Under the pieces are notes generated by a model. That model was not told the DNA's origin. It did not search any database and saw nothing but the letters and a program-made list of their open reading frames with translations. A program made the position numbers and the translations under genes. A DNA stretch of 62,448 nucleotides, counting the filler, from Choristocarpus tenellus KU-1152 (lineage: Eukaryota > Protista > Phaeophyceae), in assembly GCA_964200185.2 (NCBI GenBank). It is 10 parts of 10 records of this genome, joined end to end, with 100 filler letters (N's around TTAATTAATTAA, not from the genome) between each part and the next. Parts side by side here need not be neighbours in the genome. Positions count along the whole stretch, not along the records: positions 25,334 to 31,822 come from CAXNAD020008019.1; positions 31,923 to 36,707 come from CAXNAD020013070.1; positions 36,808 to 45,760 come from CAXNAD020004168.1; 7 more parts are not named here. One strand, 5' to 3'. Shown here piece by piece: positions 25,234-39,055 of this stretch (the first letter of the stretch is position 1; every line of letters starts with the position of its first letter).

Positions 25234-26180
25234 NNNNNNNNNNNNNNNNNNNNNNNNNNNNNNNNNNNNNNNNNNNNTTAATTAATTAANNNNNNNNNNN
25301 NNNNNNNNNNNNNNNNNNNNNNNNNNNNNNNNNTGAAGCACTGGGTACAAAAGTGGGTTAGGGGCGTGGGGGAGGTTTATAGGGTAGGGGGAGGGGGAGG
25401 GGGGGGCATTTGCAATGATGTGTGAGGATTTGACTTGCCAAAAACGCTTTTGGGTTAAATATACAATCACTTACTCACCACATCTTGTCGAAAGACTAGC
25501 AGGAATCGAGCTCGTACCTCCACCATACTTGCCTCACATCAGAGTTCCCTTTGCTTAGAGCACACAAGCACAACAACTTGCCCTACATAAACACTACTCT
25601 ACACCTTGCGCATTGGTTAAAAAAATTATAAGAATAATTAATTGTAAAACAGTTCCACAGATTCCCGACTTCAAGAAAAAACAGACATCAGAAACCTGGA
25701 TACGAGTGCAAACACAGTCGTGTCACTCACTACTTAGAGCCCCCCCCACCCCCTAACAAGAAACTTGGCTCGTACTTCAAAAAACAAAAAGAAAAACAGT
25801 GGTTCAAAGCGATCTAATCTTCCAACACCAACGGACACAGGATTATCTTTATTCTTGGACATTTTTCAGATTAGACTAGACCGGACAGCTTCAAACACCA
25901 TCGTTTCAAAACATTTCAGGTCATAAATCCTTCTGCGACTTCATAGTACAATACGCCTGCTTAAAATTTTCCAACGATTCGATCAGGACTGCGTTACAAC
26001 CAGAACACAAACAAAATCGGAACTCAAATATCTACCACACATCTGCCATTGTTTCATCGCTGACAATCCCTCCTATAATACACAACTATGCAGCATACTA
26101 GAGCCGACACCATCGAGATACACTCAACAAAAAAGGCCAAGTTATGAAGTCAAGCTTCACCAGCTCTGTCCAAAACTCAC

Positions 26181-27084
26181 CGGCCAGAAGTGGTCATAGC
26201 CGTTTTTCCTCTGGAACCATTTACTCGACTTCAACGCTTTGACGGTTCTTTCCACCCTATCCAGGTGACTCTCGCCATTACAATCTCCAGCCGTTGTGGA
26301 TTCATCAAAGTCAAAAGTCACAACAAAAATAGTCGCCTCTTCAGGATCCATGGTCCTCCATGGGTGATCAACAAGACTCTTGTGCCACTCCAGAGTTGTG
26401 TCCTTTAGAGAAGACACAACACGTTAATCGACGGGGTTGATATGTTGATTTGAAGCAAGAAAGGGTATAGGTGTAACTCTTCCGGTAGAAGTAGAGGATC
26501 ACCTGGCCTGCAGTCACTGAACTCGTGTTCCAACTGTTCACAAGAAATGATCCATGGTGAACACAAAATCGAAACACAGACTTCAGTCCCATCACACAAT
26601 GAAAAGACAAGAGGGCATTCACTTGGTTCTATTTCGACTCCTCAAATGGATAAATGTGAAACAGGCGATAACAGCCCCTAACACATGCTTTTTGAAGTAT
26701 ATGCACCACATATTCGAATACAACACATCCCATACAATTCCTGTCCAATACGCGCAATCCTTTGATTGGTAGCAGCACCACATTTCACGCCTCCACTACC
26801 ACTACCACTACCACTACCACTACCAAAGGGGAAATCATCTCACTCACCCAGTAAGAGACTGCTAGCCCCTTCTTGCCACCATAGCACTCTTCCTTCATTG
26901 CATCTCCTTTGGGAAGGGCATAGAGGGGCTGCAGGTCTGGCGTGTCGCTACTGTAAAGGTAAAAAAGCATTCCTATTGGCTGCTCTGACGACAACATTGT
27001 GTCTTCCGTCACTGACGATACACCCGCTGGCCAGAAGGCTAACAATATCAAGGCGACAAAAACCACTCCTAGGGGCCACTTCAT
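26181..27084 (-). CDS. Exostosin-family glycosyltransferase (GT47), 5' exons; remainder unresolved or off-contig
   Basis: Exon 27084-26848 (MKWPLGVVFVALILLAFW signal/anchor, donor GTGAGT) joins exon 26402-26181 in phase 0. It encodes HPWRTMDPEEATIFVV and WFQRKNGYDHFW, the GT47 RTxDPEEA and WxRxxGxDH motifs. Confidence 0.85.
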
Positions 27085-30000
27085 GCCGAGAGCTTGCCGT
27101 TGCCGGAGCCCTGACTTGCTCCTGTTCTGCTGTGGGACAACCGTGGTAACAAGGGGAGACTGGGGTTGGACAAGGCGGCAATACAACAATAATTTAGAGA
27201 ACAGGTGCACCTGGACTTTCAAGGACCACCAAGCAATGACCAACCAACACAGTTGTCAGTCATGTGCAAGCGGTGTAGGAATGCACTGGAGGATAACTTC
27301 GAGATGATCGCAGTGTCAACCAAGCCTCAAAGGATACTGAGAGGCTGTAAAGAAGCCTTTTGCTTCATTCAACTGGTTCGGTCTCAGCTGAAGCGAAACC
27401 ATCAATGGACTACACCCAAGGAGATTAGATTTCCGATACAAGGCAACTCAAACCGATCAATTTTGATGTCTGCAGACGTGGATGAGATTCACAGTTTTTG
27501 AACCAAATCAGTCCAAACCAAACAGTTGGAGGCTGTGTCCTGTAATAGACTCAACAACCACACCAACCAAAAACTGGGTATTCATGTAACACAAAAAATC
27601 AAACCCAATTCGACCATATTTTCTACAAGCAAGGGAAGGTGGAATGGCCTCTACTGGCCCTAACGGTGCATTTTGGGTAATTCATGAAATAAAAAGAGTT
27701 ACCACAATTTCTGGAACTTCATAGACCCATGCACACACACTGTGCAGTAATTCTAACATGAAAATATTTCAACTGCTTAAAAACTAACCAGTAACTGAAC
27801 AAAAACAGTAGTCGAGATAATGCGCGAAAATCGTAAATCAGCACATGACTCCAAAAAGGACCGCTCAATGATATCCTCAAGGGGTGGATGATTTCATATT
27901 TTAAAAAGAGGAAAACCGCATAAAGTATCTGCATGCGAAGGTGTGGACTTGATTTCTATCCACGGCACTTGGTGTCCAAGCCTCCTGTAAGGAGTCCAGA
28001 TTACAGACATGCATTGCAAACTAGCAGATCCGGGTTTCATTTCTTTAAATCGACAAAAGTTCCAACAGACTTTCTTGGGTACTCTTGACATGTTGCCACC
28101 ACTTGAATAGCTGCACTGCGAACAAAAGGTTCCAACTGCCCACCCCTTGGACTACCTGAACAATTTGGAAGTAAATCAATTACCCACACTCCCTGGATCA
28201 AATCAGTGCTTGTTTTTCGCCTTGTTTGGCTTCAATGAAGAAAATAGTCTTTACCATCTCTGCTTTGAAGTTTTATAGATTATAGTGAAAGTTATGGGCT
28301 ACAATCTAGCATTGCTCTATTATGTATTACCGTCAAAACCGAAAACTTGACAGTACTTCGTTGAAACACGACTTTTCCTACAACAAAAAAAAACATTTGG
28401 AATGGTCGTCTGGCACGGTGGCCGGATAAACACCTTACACGCAAAAATCAATCCATAAACACTGCATAATTCTAATCACAGAGGTTATTTTTGTCCTCCT
28501 TGGCTGGAATCCATTGTTCAAATTTCAGATTGAAACTCCCCAAAATGGTTCGACAGTCTATATCTTTGGGACTGTGTTTTGTCACTCTTGATGAGACCCG
28601 TTTGTACTGCAAAGAAGGGAAGCTAGGGACGAAATAATCAGTGCAGAATAGCGATGCATAACTTCCATTTTCTAGTACCGTTACTCAGAAAAAAAAGAGG
28701 TTATCAGACCCTACCTAACCTATTCACTAGGGGAGTACATACGAAAGTTCAAAAGTTGTGATGCAGGATACGCATCATGGGCGCAACTCGCAAGATCGAT
28801 CCAGGCAATGCTTATGCGTAAGCGAAACACATCACCGATAGCCTGCATATTCACGTCCTTGGCAACAACTCCCTTGCTCATAGAGATGGTGACAATTCAG
28901 GAAGCAGATAATCGCAAAGATAAAAAAAAAGGTTCAAACTACGGGTGTTGCACCCCGTTCAAGGATGCGTTGGGTTTCCTGGGGTAGAGCGAGCAATCCA
29001 AGACTCTTCTAAGTTCCTTCTTATTGAAGTGTGCTGACTTGAGTGTCTTCGGCATGCCACAGAGATTCTAGACACAGAACTCCGACTGAGAGTGTTACGA
29101 GATACTGTTCACTCACTGTTCACTCTCTTTCCCAGTCTTCCACTAGCTTCTCCCACAGTCACAACATAGCACAAATCGTCTACTGTACCACAATCCTCAT
29201 CTCAACGCTTCGGCTGAATCGCGAGATCGCTCTTCCTAGGACTACTTACAACCAGATCAGCTTCCCTTTGTTCTCTCACAGGGGTTCATCACAAATATAT
29301 TAGTAAGCATGGTCCAGAATAAGCCAACTCTGAACGCGTGGCAAACCTCTCACGGGTCATACTTTCTTCAACAATGAAGCACCGATCAAATCCATGGATG
29401 CAGATGGGGAGGTAACAGAGGTTGACCGAATACCGACACCTACTCACCCTCCATATACTCTTCTAGTTGGATTGTCCCGAGGGTCACGCTTGTACTGACC
29501 TCTATTGAAGAATATCCATCCGCCTCCCATCTCATCTTCACATTGCTTAGTGCGTCGAACATGCTCGAGCTGAGCTCGTTGGGCAGTGCTCACAATCTCC
29601 TTCAAATGAGAAAGGTATATTTCCCACAAAAATCTATAAAATACGTTGTTGGAGTGAGAGGAGAGTAGAGAGGTAGTCATTATGTGCTGATAATCGTTGG
29701 ATGTAGAGAAAATTGGTGATGTCGGTCACGGGTCCGATCCTATCATTCCAGGTCCATTCCTATTCAAGAGCATGGTATCTGTTTGGATCTCTATACATTT
29801 CGAAAATATAAATGTTTATGTTATACTTTTACTTCTTCCCGCTACATATATACAATAAGACGAAGAACAAAACAAAATGTATCCATATTTCTCTATTCTC
29901 CACTTTTTCTTTTCAGTTGGGAAAGTTTGACACTGTTTCTCACCCACGTGATTATTAACTCGTCATCAAATACCAATCCACAATAAATAATATTTCTGTT

Positions 30001-31439
30001 GTACAAACTCTTCGGAGACAAAATGAGTGGGTTCATTTTTCCTACTGCAATCAGTTCAGCAAACTCACCTCTCCTCACATCTGTATTGTTTGTGTTTTCA
30101 TTTGTCGTGCGTTTATTTGCTGTGTGCTTGTTTGCTGTGCGTTTATTTGTTGTGTGTTTGTCGTGTGTACTTCACTTCCTTTGTTCGTAATGAGTCTTCT
30201 CTACCCTGCTCTCCACATCTCCCCTATCTATCCCCTTTTGTAGTTTAGGCAAGGATCGTGTATTGTGAATATTTACCTCCCAACAGAAAAACGTAGTTGT
30301 ATCATCTCTAACAATGAAAAGAGTAGCGACTTCTTAAGAAAGGCGATAGGATGGGATATTTTATGTCTACCAATATCCCTAGAAACGACTGGTAAACCTC
30401 CTAACCTGTTGATAGAAGGAAGTTTTTTGAGTTGGAGGGGATGGAGAATGAGGTCGAAAGGTTCGCGTCAGGTCCTTAACAATTCGAAGAGTTCCAAACG
30501 GAATAACAGGGTGGATCTAGGAAATGTGGACCTTTTCTTTCTTCGAAGAACACCCACACCAAAGGTGGATAGGATGTGTATGGGGAGGAGGTTCCCAAAA
30601 ATAGAATTGATACCATCTAATACTATCTCCACTCTCTATCACACATAGAAGACGGAACAAATGAAAAAATATTAAATATTATTCACAGTTTGATATCGCT
30701 CACTCGTGACAACTCTTAAGTTCTTTTTCTCTTCGAAAACATCAAAACACGCAATTAAAATGTCTCTTGGAGAACATATGAAAGTGAATTTGGTATAATG
30801 TGGTGATAAAAAACGCAGAGTAATTATATGTGATTTAAAAGTCATCGCCTTTGTCTGGACACATTACAAATTAGGTCATTTGCACGACTTTACCCACCCA
30901 TCTCCAGAACCACGGTTTCCACTCACATCCAGAACCACAGTTCGATTATACTCAAATACGTGAAAACAAATCGACACGATTTAATTCCCTCTCACAAATT
31001 CTTTCCATTCACAACATTATTATATAGGAGTAGTAGCGTCTCTACTTATCGCCATCACACACGATGTGCTCGTAGAGGTGGAGGAAGCAATACAACATTG
31101 CAGCACCTTCGAAGCCACCAGGACACAAGTTGAAGCGAAGAATGTTATACGGTAGTGTCCAAGAGTTGTGATGGGACTGATTTCATGGACCACTTTGGTA
31201 CTTACAGACAGAAACACTCCCCATTACTCTAATATGACAATAGGCAGTCGAGAGGATTTGAATGGAAACAGGGCTTGGGTGCTGCTTGCTAGATACCAGA
31301 ATCAAATTTTATATATGGCATTCCACAGAATCAGAGGTGGACTTGGAACTCTTTGGTGTTGCGGATTGGGGGTATGGAGTATAGGAGGCAGAGAACAGTC
31401 TTTGTATGGAACGAATCCCACATTCATATACTCCAATAA

Positions 31440-31822
31440 ATTCATTTCAAATCCCAAACTTATGAAGTATTTTTGTAGAAAGTCCGACGAAGAACGCCAG
31501 CGGCTCAGCGAATTCAACGCAAGTGAACACTGGGTAACAAATTTTGTAGAAGTCCCTCGAAGCAGCTAGCGCGTGGATCTCGTTTGAAGATGAAAAGAGC
31601 ATGGTTGAAGCCATTCGCCTCGATCTTGAGGAGGAAATTCTGGCAGAGAATGCAAATGCTTGGGAAGCCGAGATGGGCTCCAGAACTAACCAGGTCGAGG
31701 ACAATTCCAGGGACTCTGACGCAAAATTGGTAGAAGATCCGAGTCCTCAAGAATCTGAAGGAGTAGTGCCGTACGAGCATGTAGCGGGGTTATTTAGCAA
31801 GTTGGAAGGGCAAGCTGCGCAG
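31440..31822 (+). mobile_element. Possible internally deleted pogo/Tigger-like transposase remnant
   Basis: SEFNASEHWVTNFV resembles the CENP-B/Tc5 HTH motif FxASxxWxxxF, followed by an acidic tail-like segment. Confidence 0.45.
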
Positions 31823-33279
31823 NNNNNNNNNNNNNNNNNNNNNNNNNNNNNNNNNNNNNNNNNNNNTTAATTAATTAANNNNNNNNNNNNNNNNNNNNNN
31901 NNNNNNNNNNNNNNNNNNNNNNCGATGTGATGATGAGTTGGAAAGCGAAATAAATAAATGAACACTAACAACCAATGCAGTGCACCAATCAAAAGTCAGT
32001 ACAAGCTGGTAGGATTGTGTACCATATCAACAGGAGACAAATGAGTAGCCTATGTTTTAACACATACTACTCTGAACATCAGTTCAACAATTCGGGAACT
32101 CTCTAGTAATGCGGGTTTATTGGCTCTATAGACATTCGTACCTTGCATCTGGCCGCTTCCAAATCCTCTATCACCTCTGCTGACCTTCTCTGCCATTGAT
32201 TCCAGCTATCCCCATACCTGTATAACTTCACCATTGCTGCCACGAAACAATCAAAATTGTCTGGCAGTTCGTAATCCTCCTTGAATGTTTTCTCCCCAGC
32301 TCCCCCCTCGGTATGTAGTCCTCGATCGTAAAGGCTGCCAGCTTTTCTGGCTGTCTCGCCACCTCTTCTGTCACATCGGTTGTCTCCTCCACTATCCTTT
32401 GTAACTCCTACTGCGAGTTGCTCCTGCATTCTCCGTGTTGATAAACAAGGCGATGAAACCGAGAAGTACAAAATACTTCCTCACCTCCACCCTGCTCCAC
32501 GCTTGAATTAATGACTTCTCTTTAAACCTCTCTGTCATTGATGTTGATGATATCGAACTTCTTTCCACGGTCGATCTGGCTCCCCCTTCCATCCCTCTGT
32601 CTTCCCCCCCCCTTTCTGTTTTTTGTGCACGACACAGTTGTTGTAATATCTCCATCATCGAGTCTATTCTCTCTGTTATCTTTGTTATTTCATTACTCTG
32701 GGCCTGGGATTCACTGGGGCCACTTCCACTCTTGTTCTCTATGTCATCCTCTTCTTCTTCCACTCCTCTTCTCTCCTTCTCCCCCCTTTCGAAGAATCCC
32801 TTCTCTCGTTATGCTTTCTCGATCTGCGATTGCATCCTCTGCACCGCCAATGTTCCCATCTCCTCTTCGTTTTCTTTCCATCCCTTCTCTTCCTACCACA
32901 CTTCCCTCGTTTTCTCCCCGTCCTTCCCTCGTTCTTTTCCGTTGTTTTCCACCAAATTTTCCCACCTTGTCTTGTTCCTATCATCTTCGTCCTCTCTCCT
33001 GTCCGCCATACCTTTGGTAATAGATCTTGCTCGGAGGTTGCCTTGGTCTCCTCTCCTCGTCCTGTACCCCTGGTTCTCAGTCTTCTTATTTCTTACCGAA
33101 CTCTGCTCCTATCCTTTCCCTGCCACTCGTTTCCATTTAAATTTTCTCCCCTTCCCTAACCATTCGTTCTCTTCCTGCTTCCTTCTTTTTCTTTCCACTG
33201 CCTACCCTCGTCCTGTGCCCCCAGCCAACTAGAATTCTTCCGCCCACAAAACTCAGATTACTTCATATACTTTCACTTT

Positions 33280-33430
33280 GTTAGGAAGTGTCAATATCCT
33301 TGTTCCGGACACACCTTTTCATAACGTATACGTTTTACCTACTCCAAAAATATTTTGGAGTAGGAAGATGACATTGAAGTACCCATGGACAATCAGGGCA
33401 AAACTCGTACCCTCTAAGATACTTTCACTC
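33280..33430 (-). mobile_element. MITE family A partial copy, reverse orientation
   Basis: Ends aaactcgtaccctctaagatactttcactc; the other TIR is missing. Confidence 0.85.
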
Positions 33431-33476
33431 ATGAGGAGTTAGCTTCCCCAAGCCGCAATTGCACCAAGTGTGGTAT

Positions 33477-33566
33477 GTTAAAACACTAGTTTACCCCTGT
33501 GTCTACCGAGCAGGTAGTCAGCTGACTATTTGCTCGGTAGACATTGGGGTTTAGGAATTATCTAAC
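33477..33566. repeat. Hairpin family H copy (GTTAGAACACTAGTAAACCCCTGTG...CTAAC)
   Basis: Near-perfect palindrome centred on agtcagctgact; relatives at 33765-33836, 34391-34526 and 62033-62110. Confidence 0.8.
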
Positions 33567-33764
33567 CAATTATACTGTCATGGGACCGAATCCTGGCATG
33601 GTTAACATGGTTATACATCCGTCAAAAGGCTAAACACGCCGCCAGGATACACAATCTCACATTAGTAACTGCCCCGCCGAAGTTGGTCTCTGATTCGAGG
33701 GATAGCAACCCTTGGGCGAAACCTCATCAAGTCAAACAGCTTGCGATCCCTGGGATTAGCTCTT

Positions 33765-33836
33765 GTTAGAACACTAGTAAAACCCCTGTGTAGTAAACCC
33801 CGGTGTGACAACACAGGGGTTTAATAGTATTCTAAC
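33765..33836. repeat. Hairpin family H copy
   Basis: gttagaacactagtaaaacccctgtgt ... acacaggggtttaatagtattctaac. Confidence 0.8.
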
Positions 33837-34087
33837 ATTGTGGACATGCTCATGATCCTACAATATGTACTTCAGTGTTTGGTGGTAGCTGGGGAAGAAA
33901 AGGACGAGACCGAGGCGGAATCTTCCCGCATTGCTGTGGAAAGTATGATCAGCAGTGGCAACAACGAGTGTGGTACGTACTACTGGCTGCCACTGAAGAA
34001 TCTCCAAAGTAGCAATGCCTAAGGGAAGTGTGGGGTAGGTGGGTGTTTGGTGTCAAATGTTGGAATCGGTACACTAAGAGAAAAGGG

Positions 34088-34348
34088 AGTGATAGAGAGT
34101 ACGAGTTCTACCCTGTTTGTCCACTTGGGGCTTGGCTCCCCTCGGTTTTTTTTCATGACATTTCCCTACTCTGACATGTTTCGGAGCAGGGAAAATGTAT
34201 ACGTTTTGGAGTAGGCACCATGTGTATGTCTGGAACCAGGATATTGACATTTTCTAGCAAACACAATAGCCAAAATTACATCAAAATCGCAACATCTTAT
34301 TTTGACTCCGAAATGGACGCGGTTCTACCCTCTAAGATACTTTGAGTC
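34088..34348 (+). mobile_element. MITE family A copy with a degenerate left TIR
   Basis: Internal sequence collinear with the other copies; right end ctaccctctaagatactttgagtc. Confidence 0.85.
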
Positions 34349-34390
34349 AAGGGGATTTGTGACAAAGCGGCCTCATACCACATGGCAAAC

Positions 34391-34526
34391 GTTAGAACAT
34401 TAGTAAACCCCTCTGTCTACCAAGGAGGGTAGTCAGCTCTGACTACACACTCGGTACTACACGCTCGGTAGATACAGGGGTTGACAATTACTCCTTGGTA
34501 GACACAGGGGTTACAAATGTTCTAAC
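34391..34526. repeat. Hairpin family H copy flanked by a 4-bp direct repeat AAAC
   Basis: aaac|gttagaacattagtaaacccct...aggggttacaaatgttctaac|aaac. Confidence 0.8.
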
Positions 34527-37500
34527 AAACGCTACTCGCATGGGGTCGAATCTCACCATGGTTACACATCCCTCAAAAGGCTAAACAAGCTTCCAGGAAA
34601 CACAACCTCACATTAGTAACTGTCCTGCCGAAGTTGGTCACTGATTAGTCTTGGGCAAGTAATGTGGTGAGTCAGGAAGTGGCGGGTTGGGGAGACACAG
34701 GGAGAAGTCCAAGGAGTACATGGCTTCCAAGCTCCGAAATCGATGTCTGGCCATTGCCATTCAGTAGGTGTGGATGTGACACTGTAGTCCAACCCGTAGT
34801 CGCCATAGCACAGGTGGAGTACAAATGACAGCTAAAACCAGGTACCAGCAGGACAGTGGAGAACAATGGGGCAGGTGATGATGTGTTTTGCTGCAACAGT
34901 CCAGTGAAGGTAGCTTGCCAATGTGTAGTGAGATAGAGGTTCCCTATGCCGGGGGTAGTGATGGGATGAGCAGGGGCAAAGGGTGACAAGAGGTGGTGGG
35001 TGGTGCGGTTGACAGGAAGGATTAGCCAGGGGGGGGCTTTGCAACCAGGGTCAGGTATGATTGAGGTGAGGTCGGTTGTGGGTGTGTCTTCTTGTACTCT
35101 GGGTGTGTGATTGGTCATGATTGGTGGTAGGTGGGAGTGGAGGAAGTGAGAAAGTTTGATACGTGGGTGGTGAGGGTGTCGATGTTGTGCTCAGCATTCT
35201 CGATCAGTGCGTGGGAGTGTCATGTGCTAGGAACACCGGACGTCAGGGAATGTGGTAGGGGCGTGGAGTGGTGGTGGGTTGGGGGCATCGGATGGTGGTC
35301 AAGTGGTGACAGAAGAACGGTTGGGATATTGGCGCAGGAGGTGAACCAGTTCGTGACAGTAGATGCAGTGGTGAGATCGAACAGTGGGAGCAAGGCTGGG
35401 AGTTCCCCGACTCAGGTATTAGCCTTGCCGAGGTGCATGAGAGACAGTGGTCGGGATCCTTGCCAGAGTCCATTGCACAGTACTCGAAGGGGTGATGAAC
35501 AGCAATTATCCGTTGTTCTGACGCAGTGTCGTACGTGAACTTCAGTGTATGCCAGGCTGACAGACTGTCGTAGATGTCAAGGTTCATCCTGCTATTGGAG
35601 TCTGCGAAGAAGGTCTCGCGAAGGTCCGCGGCAGGCAGCAGCGAGACTGCATAACAGCTGGTCATTAACTTCTTCGTACGGGGTGATGGGGATGGAGTGG
35701 TAGTGGTGAAAGACGAGAAGCACACTGGATCAAAACTCGCTGGGTCCGAGGAGCCACACAGGTCCAGATGCTCACGAAGCAAAGTTCAAACGCGTTTTAG
35801 GGGGAGTCTGTATAAAAGTACCGCCCAAATAATCAAAGAGGATAAGGGTACAGCGAGATTGCTTGATTTCAGTAGAGTGATTGATTAAAGCTAAGTGGGG
35901 CATGCAGCACCCCATAAAGTCAGAAATATATATTTTATATGAGAAATTTTCTCGTATAGCTAATCACTACTAAAAGGTTCTGATACCTGAACCACTAATG
36001 ATTGTTCTCTTACTCCATACTTATTTTACTGTAACTGTCCGATAGAGTTGGAAGGGTCTAATCGAACAGAGTGTTAGCTTGCGTTCCATGGCGGTACAGT
36101 GGGTTATCTAGCGCGAAGTGTCGGTGGAAGTTCAAGACAGGGTCGTGCAAATGTGTTGTGGTATGTGTTGATCAAGTATTTAGGGTCATAACCTGTTGAA
36201 ACCTGAATCGAATTGCATCGTTATTTGTGAGCAAAATGTGTAGACTACGAGCGATAAGGAATCATGGTGTTGTAAAGCACCGATGAGTAAAAGACGCAGC
36301 TTGTGTTGTGAATAGATGTAATTGTGCTGCAAAGCACCGATGTATTTATTCTGTTGTAACTGAGGTCATTGGTCGCTCAGTCAAGAATATGATGTGATGT
36401 GAATTCAGTTCTCTTTCATGAGATATTCAACGAAAGAAGTCCATGCTCTGTGGAGAGGCTTGTTACCTTGGTTGGCAAGGGTTTCCGAGGATGGTTTTAA
36501 CTCTGAATATAACATCCAGGTGCGCATCAGGTACACGTATTACAGAGTGTGAGCTTGGTGCATTATAATTATGAGGGTTCAATGACAACCAAGAAAGAAC
36601 TAATAAGTTACAATTTACGTACAACAACAGTCATCTTCTGCTGTTAAAGTGAGAGTTTATGAAGTAAACTGAGTTTTGTGGGCGGGAGAATTCTGGTTGG
36701 CTGGGGGNNNNNNNNNNNNNNNNNNNNNNNNNNNNNNNNNNNNNNNNNNNNTTAATTAATTAANNNNNNNNNNNNNNNNNNNNNNNNNNNNNNNNNNNNN
36801 NNNNNNNGGCCCTTCCAAGTGCAAAAACAGTTGCAAAAAAAACCTTTCGGTACTTTTTCAAGACCGTTTTCGCAGAACAACCATCCTCATAGCCCCGCTC
36901 CATCCTCAATTATTAAAACCCACTGTTATAGGTGTATGGTGGAAACTGGTTGGGGGTGGTGAAATAGAGTCAGACACATTGTAGGATTATATCTGGGGCA
37001 ATCTAGAGAAAAAGGGATAGTGGAAGACTGAGCGCAATATTACGGTGGTTGAAAAAAGGAAAATAATTTTGCAGACAGGTCGATTCCAAAAAGTAGTAGT
37101 TTAGGTAGTTGTAGTAAATGTCGATATTCTCGGACATCAATGTTAGAATCGATAAGTCGGTGCATACAGCAGAATGGAAAAGGTTTGATTGCACTGCCAG
37201 AGTTGCAATCAAGGGGGTAAAAGGGGACTAGTCGTAGAGTGGGCCGTTTCGGTCATAAATATTGCTATCCCATGGTGTCCATGATAAAAATCAAATATCA
37301 TGGGTCGGTGTAGGTAGTAGTTTGCCTGAGATGCAGCAAAAGTTATAAATAGAAGAACTAGGGCAAATATAAGGGGTGAGAAAAAAATATCATTATCGTC
37401 ACGGAGAGACCAGACGATATCTGTTGTATTTACAGTATTCATGGTTAAAATCTGGTTAGAAGAAGACGAGGTACACATCTTGAGAACATACAAAAAGTAC

Positions 37501-38797
37501 CACAGAGCATAATAAAGAAAAAACGTGAAAATCAATGAAAGAAGAAAAAACAATATCGTAGGACAGAGAAGAAGACCTCAAAGTATCTACCAAGATAAAT
37601 AAATAAAAACGCATGTCATGTGCTAACACCTAACTTGAGATAATATGTGGCAGTACCATTGACACACATAACCAAGTCATATGGAAAAGAAGAGGAAAAG
37701 AACGAACTCCCAGTGTCACATCAGTCCATCCAATCCATTATATCTCAATATATATATATATATATATATATATCCCACAAGGAAAGAAAGGGAAGGGAAA
37801 CCGTGAGTCACGAGGGCATTATCATGATAAGAAAATCAGTCTACGGAAATAGCTGAAATGCTTACTCCCATGTCAAAAACGAAGTTTGATATAGTCACTA
37901 TATTGTAGCCACTATTGCCAGATATTTCGAAGTATTTCAGAAGGGGGCAAAATGTAGCAATCCAAAAGATATATAAGACCCTGAAAGGTTGTGAACATTT
38001 CAGGAAGAATTTTTTTCTTATCTCGATGAGGAGTTACCTCTTCTGTTTTCTCAAAAGATATGGTACCCAACAGTGAAATAACAGGGAACAAATAGTGTCT
38101 CGTACAAGCTTGTCAGATGTGGTAAACATGAAAATACATGTAGATATAGATAGGCACATATCTACATAATACCCAGTAACAGTGCAGTGGAGTACTTCGG
38201 TAAACAACATCCGTCGTACGGAAGTATTTTGTTGTTTACAACGTTTTAGCATTGACCCGTGTTATGCTGGCATTGCCTCCCCCTGGATGTGATACATGCG
38301 CTTGCCACACCATCATATCTCTTGGAAATTGTCCTAAGGATATGTCCAATACAGGAGTATATGGGATATGCAATATATAATGCCTGGAGCAGGAGATCCT
38401 GCTGCTTGTAATGATCGTTGAGAACATGGATTCCCGAGCAAGCACACGTATGCTACAGTTGTTATGTTGGAACCACTTGAGGATAGCGAAAGACAACACT
38501 GTTCCTCCTACCCATACAGTACAATGAACTATGGAACTGAGGTAGTCTTTCTCACTGAATCTACAGATGAGGCCTCAGTATGTCTTGTATTCCTCCATGG
38601 AGAGACAGTAGGTTGGAGGAGGAAAGCAACAATAGGCAATAGTTAGAGGCTTTAGGATCATGGACTGTGTATGGCTAGGGCTACAAATATGTACATGTGA
38701 AAATCTTGGTCGACCACGGAGGGGGAGGAAATGTCAATGCCCAGCAAATGCAGTACAACTTGTCAATGAGCCCCCTACCCTACAGTGGCAAAAAATT

Positions 38798-39055
38798 GAG
38801 TGAAAGTATCTTAGAGGGTACGAGTTTTGCCCGGTTTGTCCATTTGGGACTTGACTTCCCACGGTATTTTTATGACAGTTTCCCACTCCGAAACGTTTCG
38901 GAGTAGGTAAAATGTATGTGTTATGAAAAGGTGCGTTTGGAACAAGGGTATTGACACTTCCTCACAAACACGATAGTCAAAACTACATCAAAATCGCGAC
39001 ATTGGGTTTTGGCCCCCAAATGGACGTGGCTCTACCCTCTAAGATACTTTGACTC
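38798..39055 (+). mobile_element. MITE family A copy, 3-bp TSD ATT
   Basis: att|gagtgaaagtatcttagagggtac...taccctctaagatactttgactc|att. Confidence 0.92.

Larger units (their letters stand above)
33218..36707. mobile_element. Region bounded by a 62-bp inverted repeat starting CCCCCAGCCAAC (possible CMC/EnSpm-like element)
   Basis: 33218-33279 is nearly the exact reverse complement of 36646-36707. Confidence 0.55.

Noticed and set aside
32103-33232. Overlapping charged and hydrophobic ORFs as a host gene
   Set aside because: Purine/pyrimidine-biased low-complexity sequence with no recognisable domain or splice structure; possibly a retroelement ORF1 remnant but unsupported.
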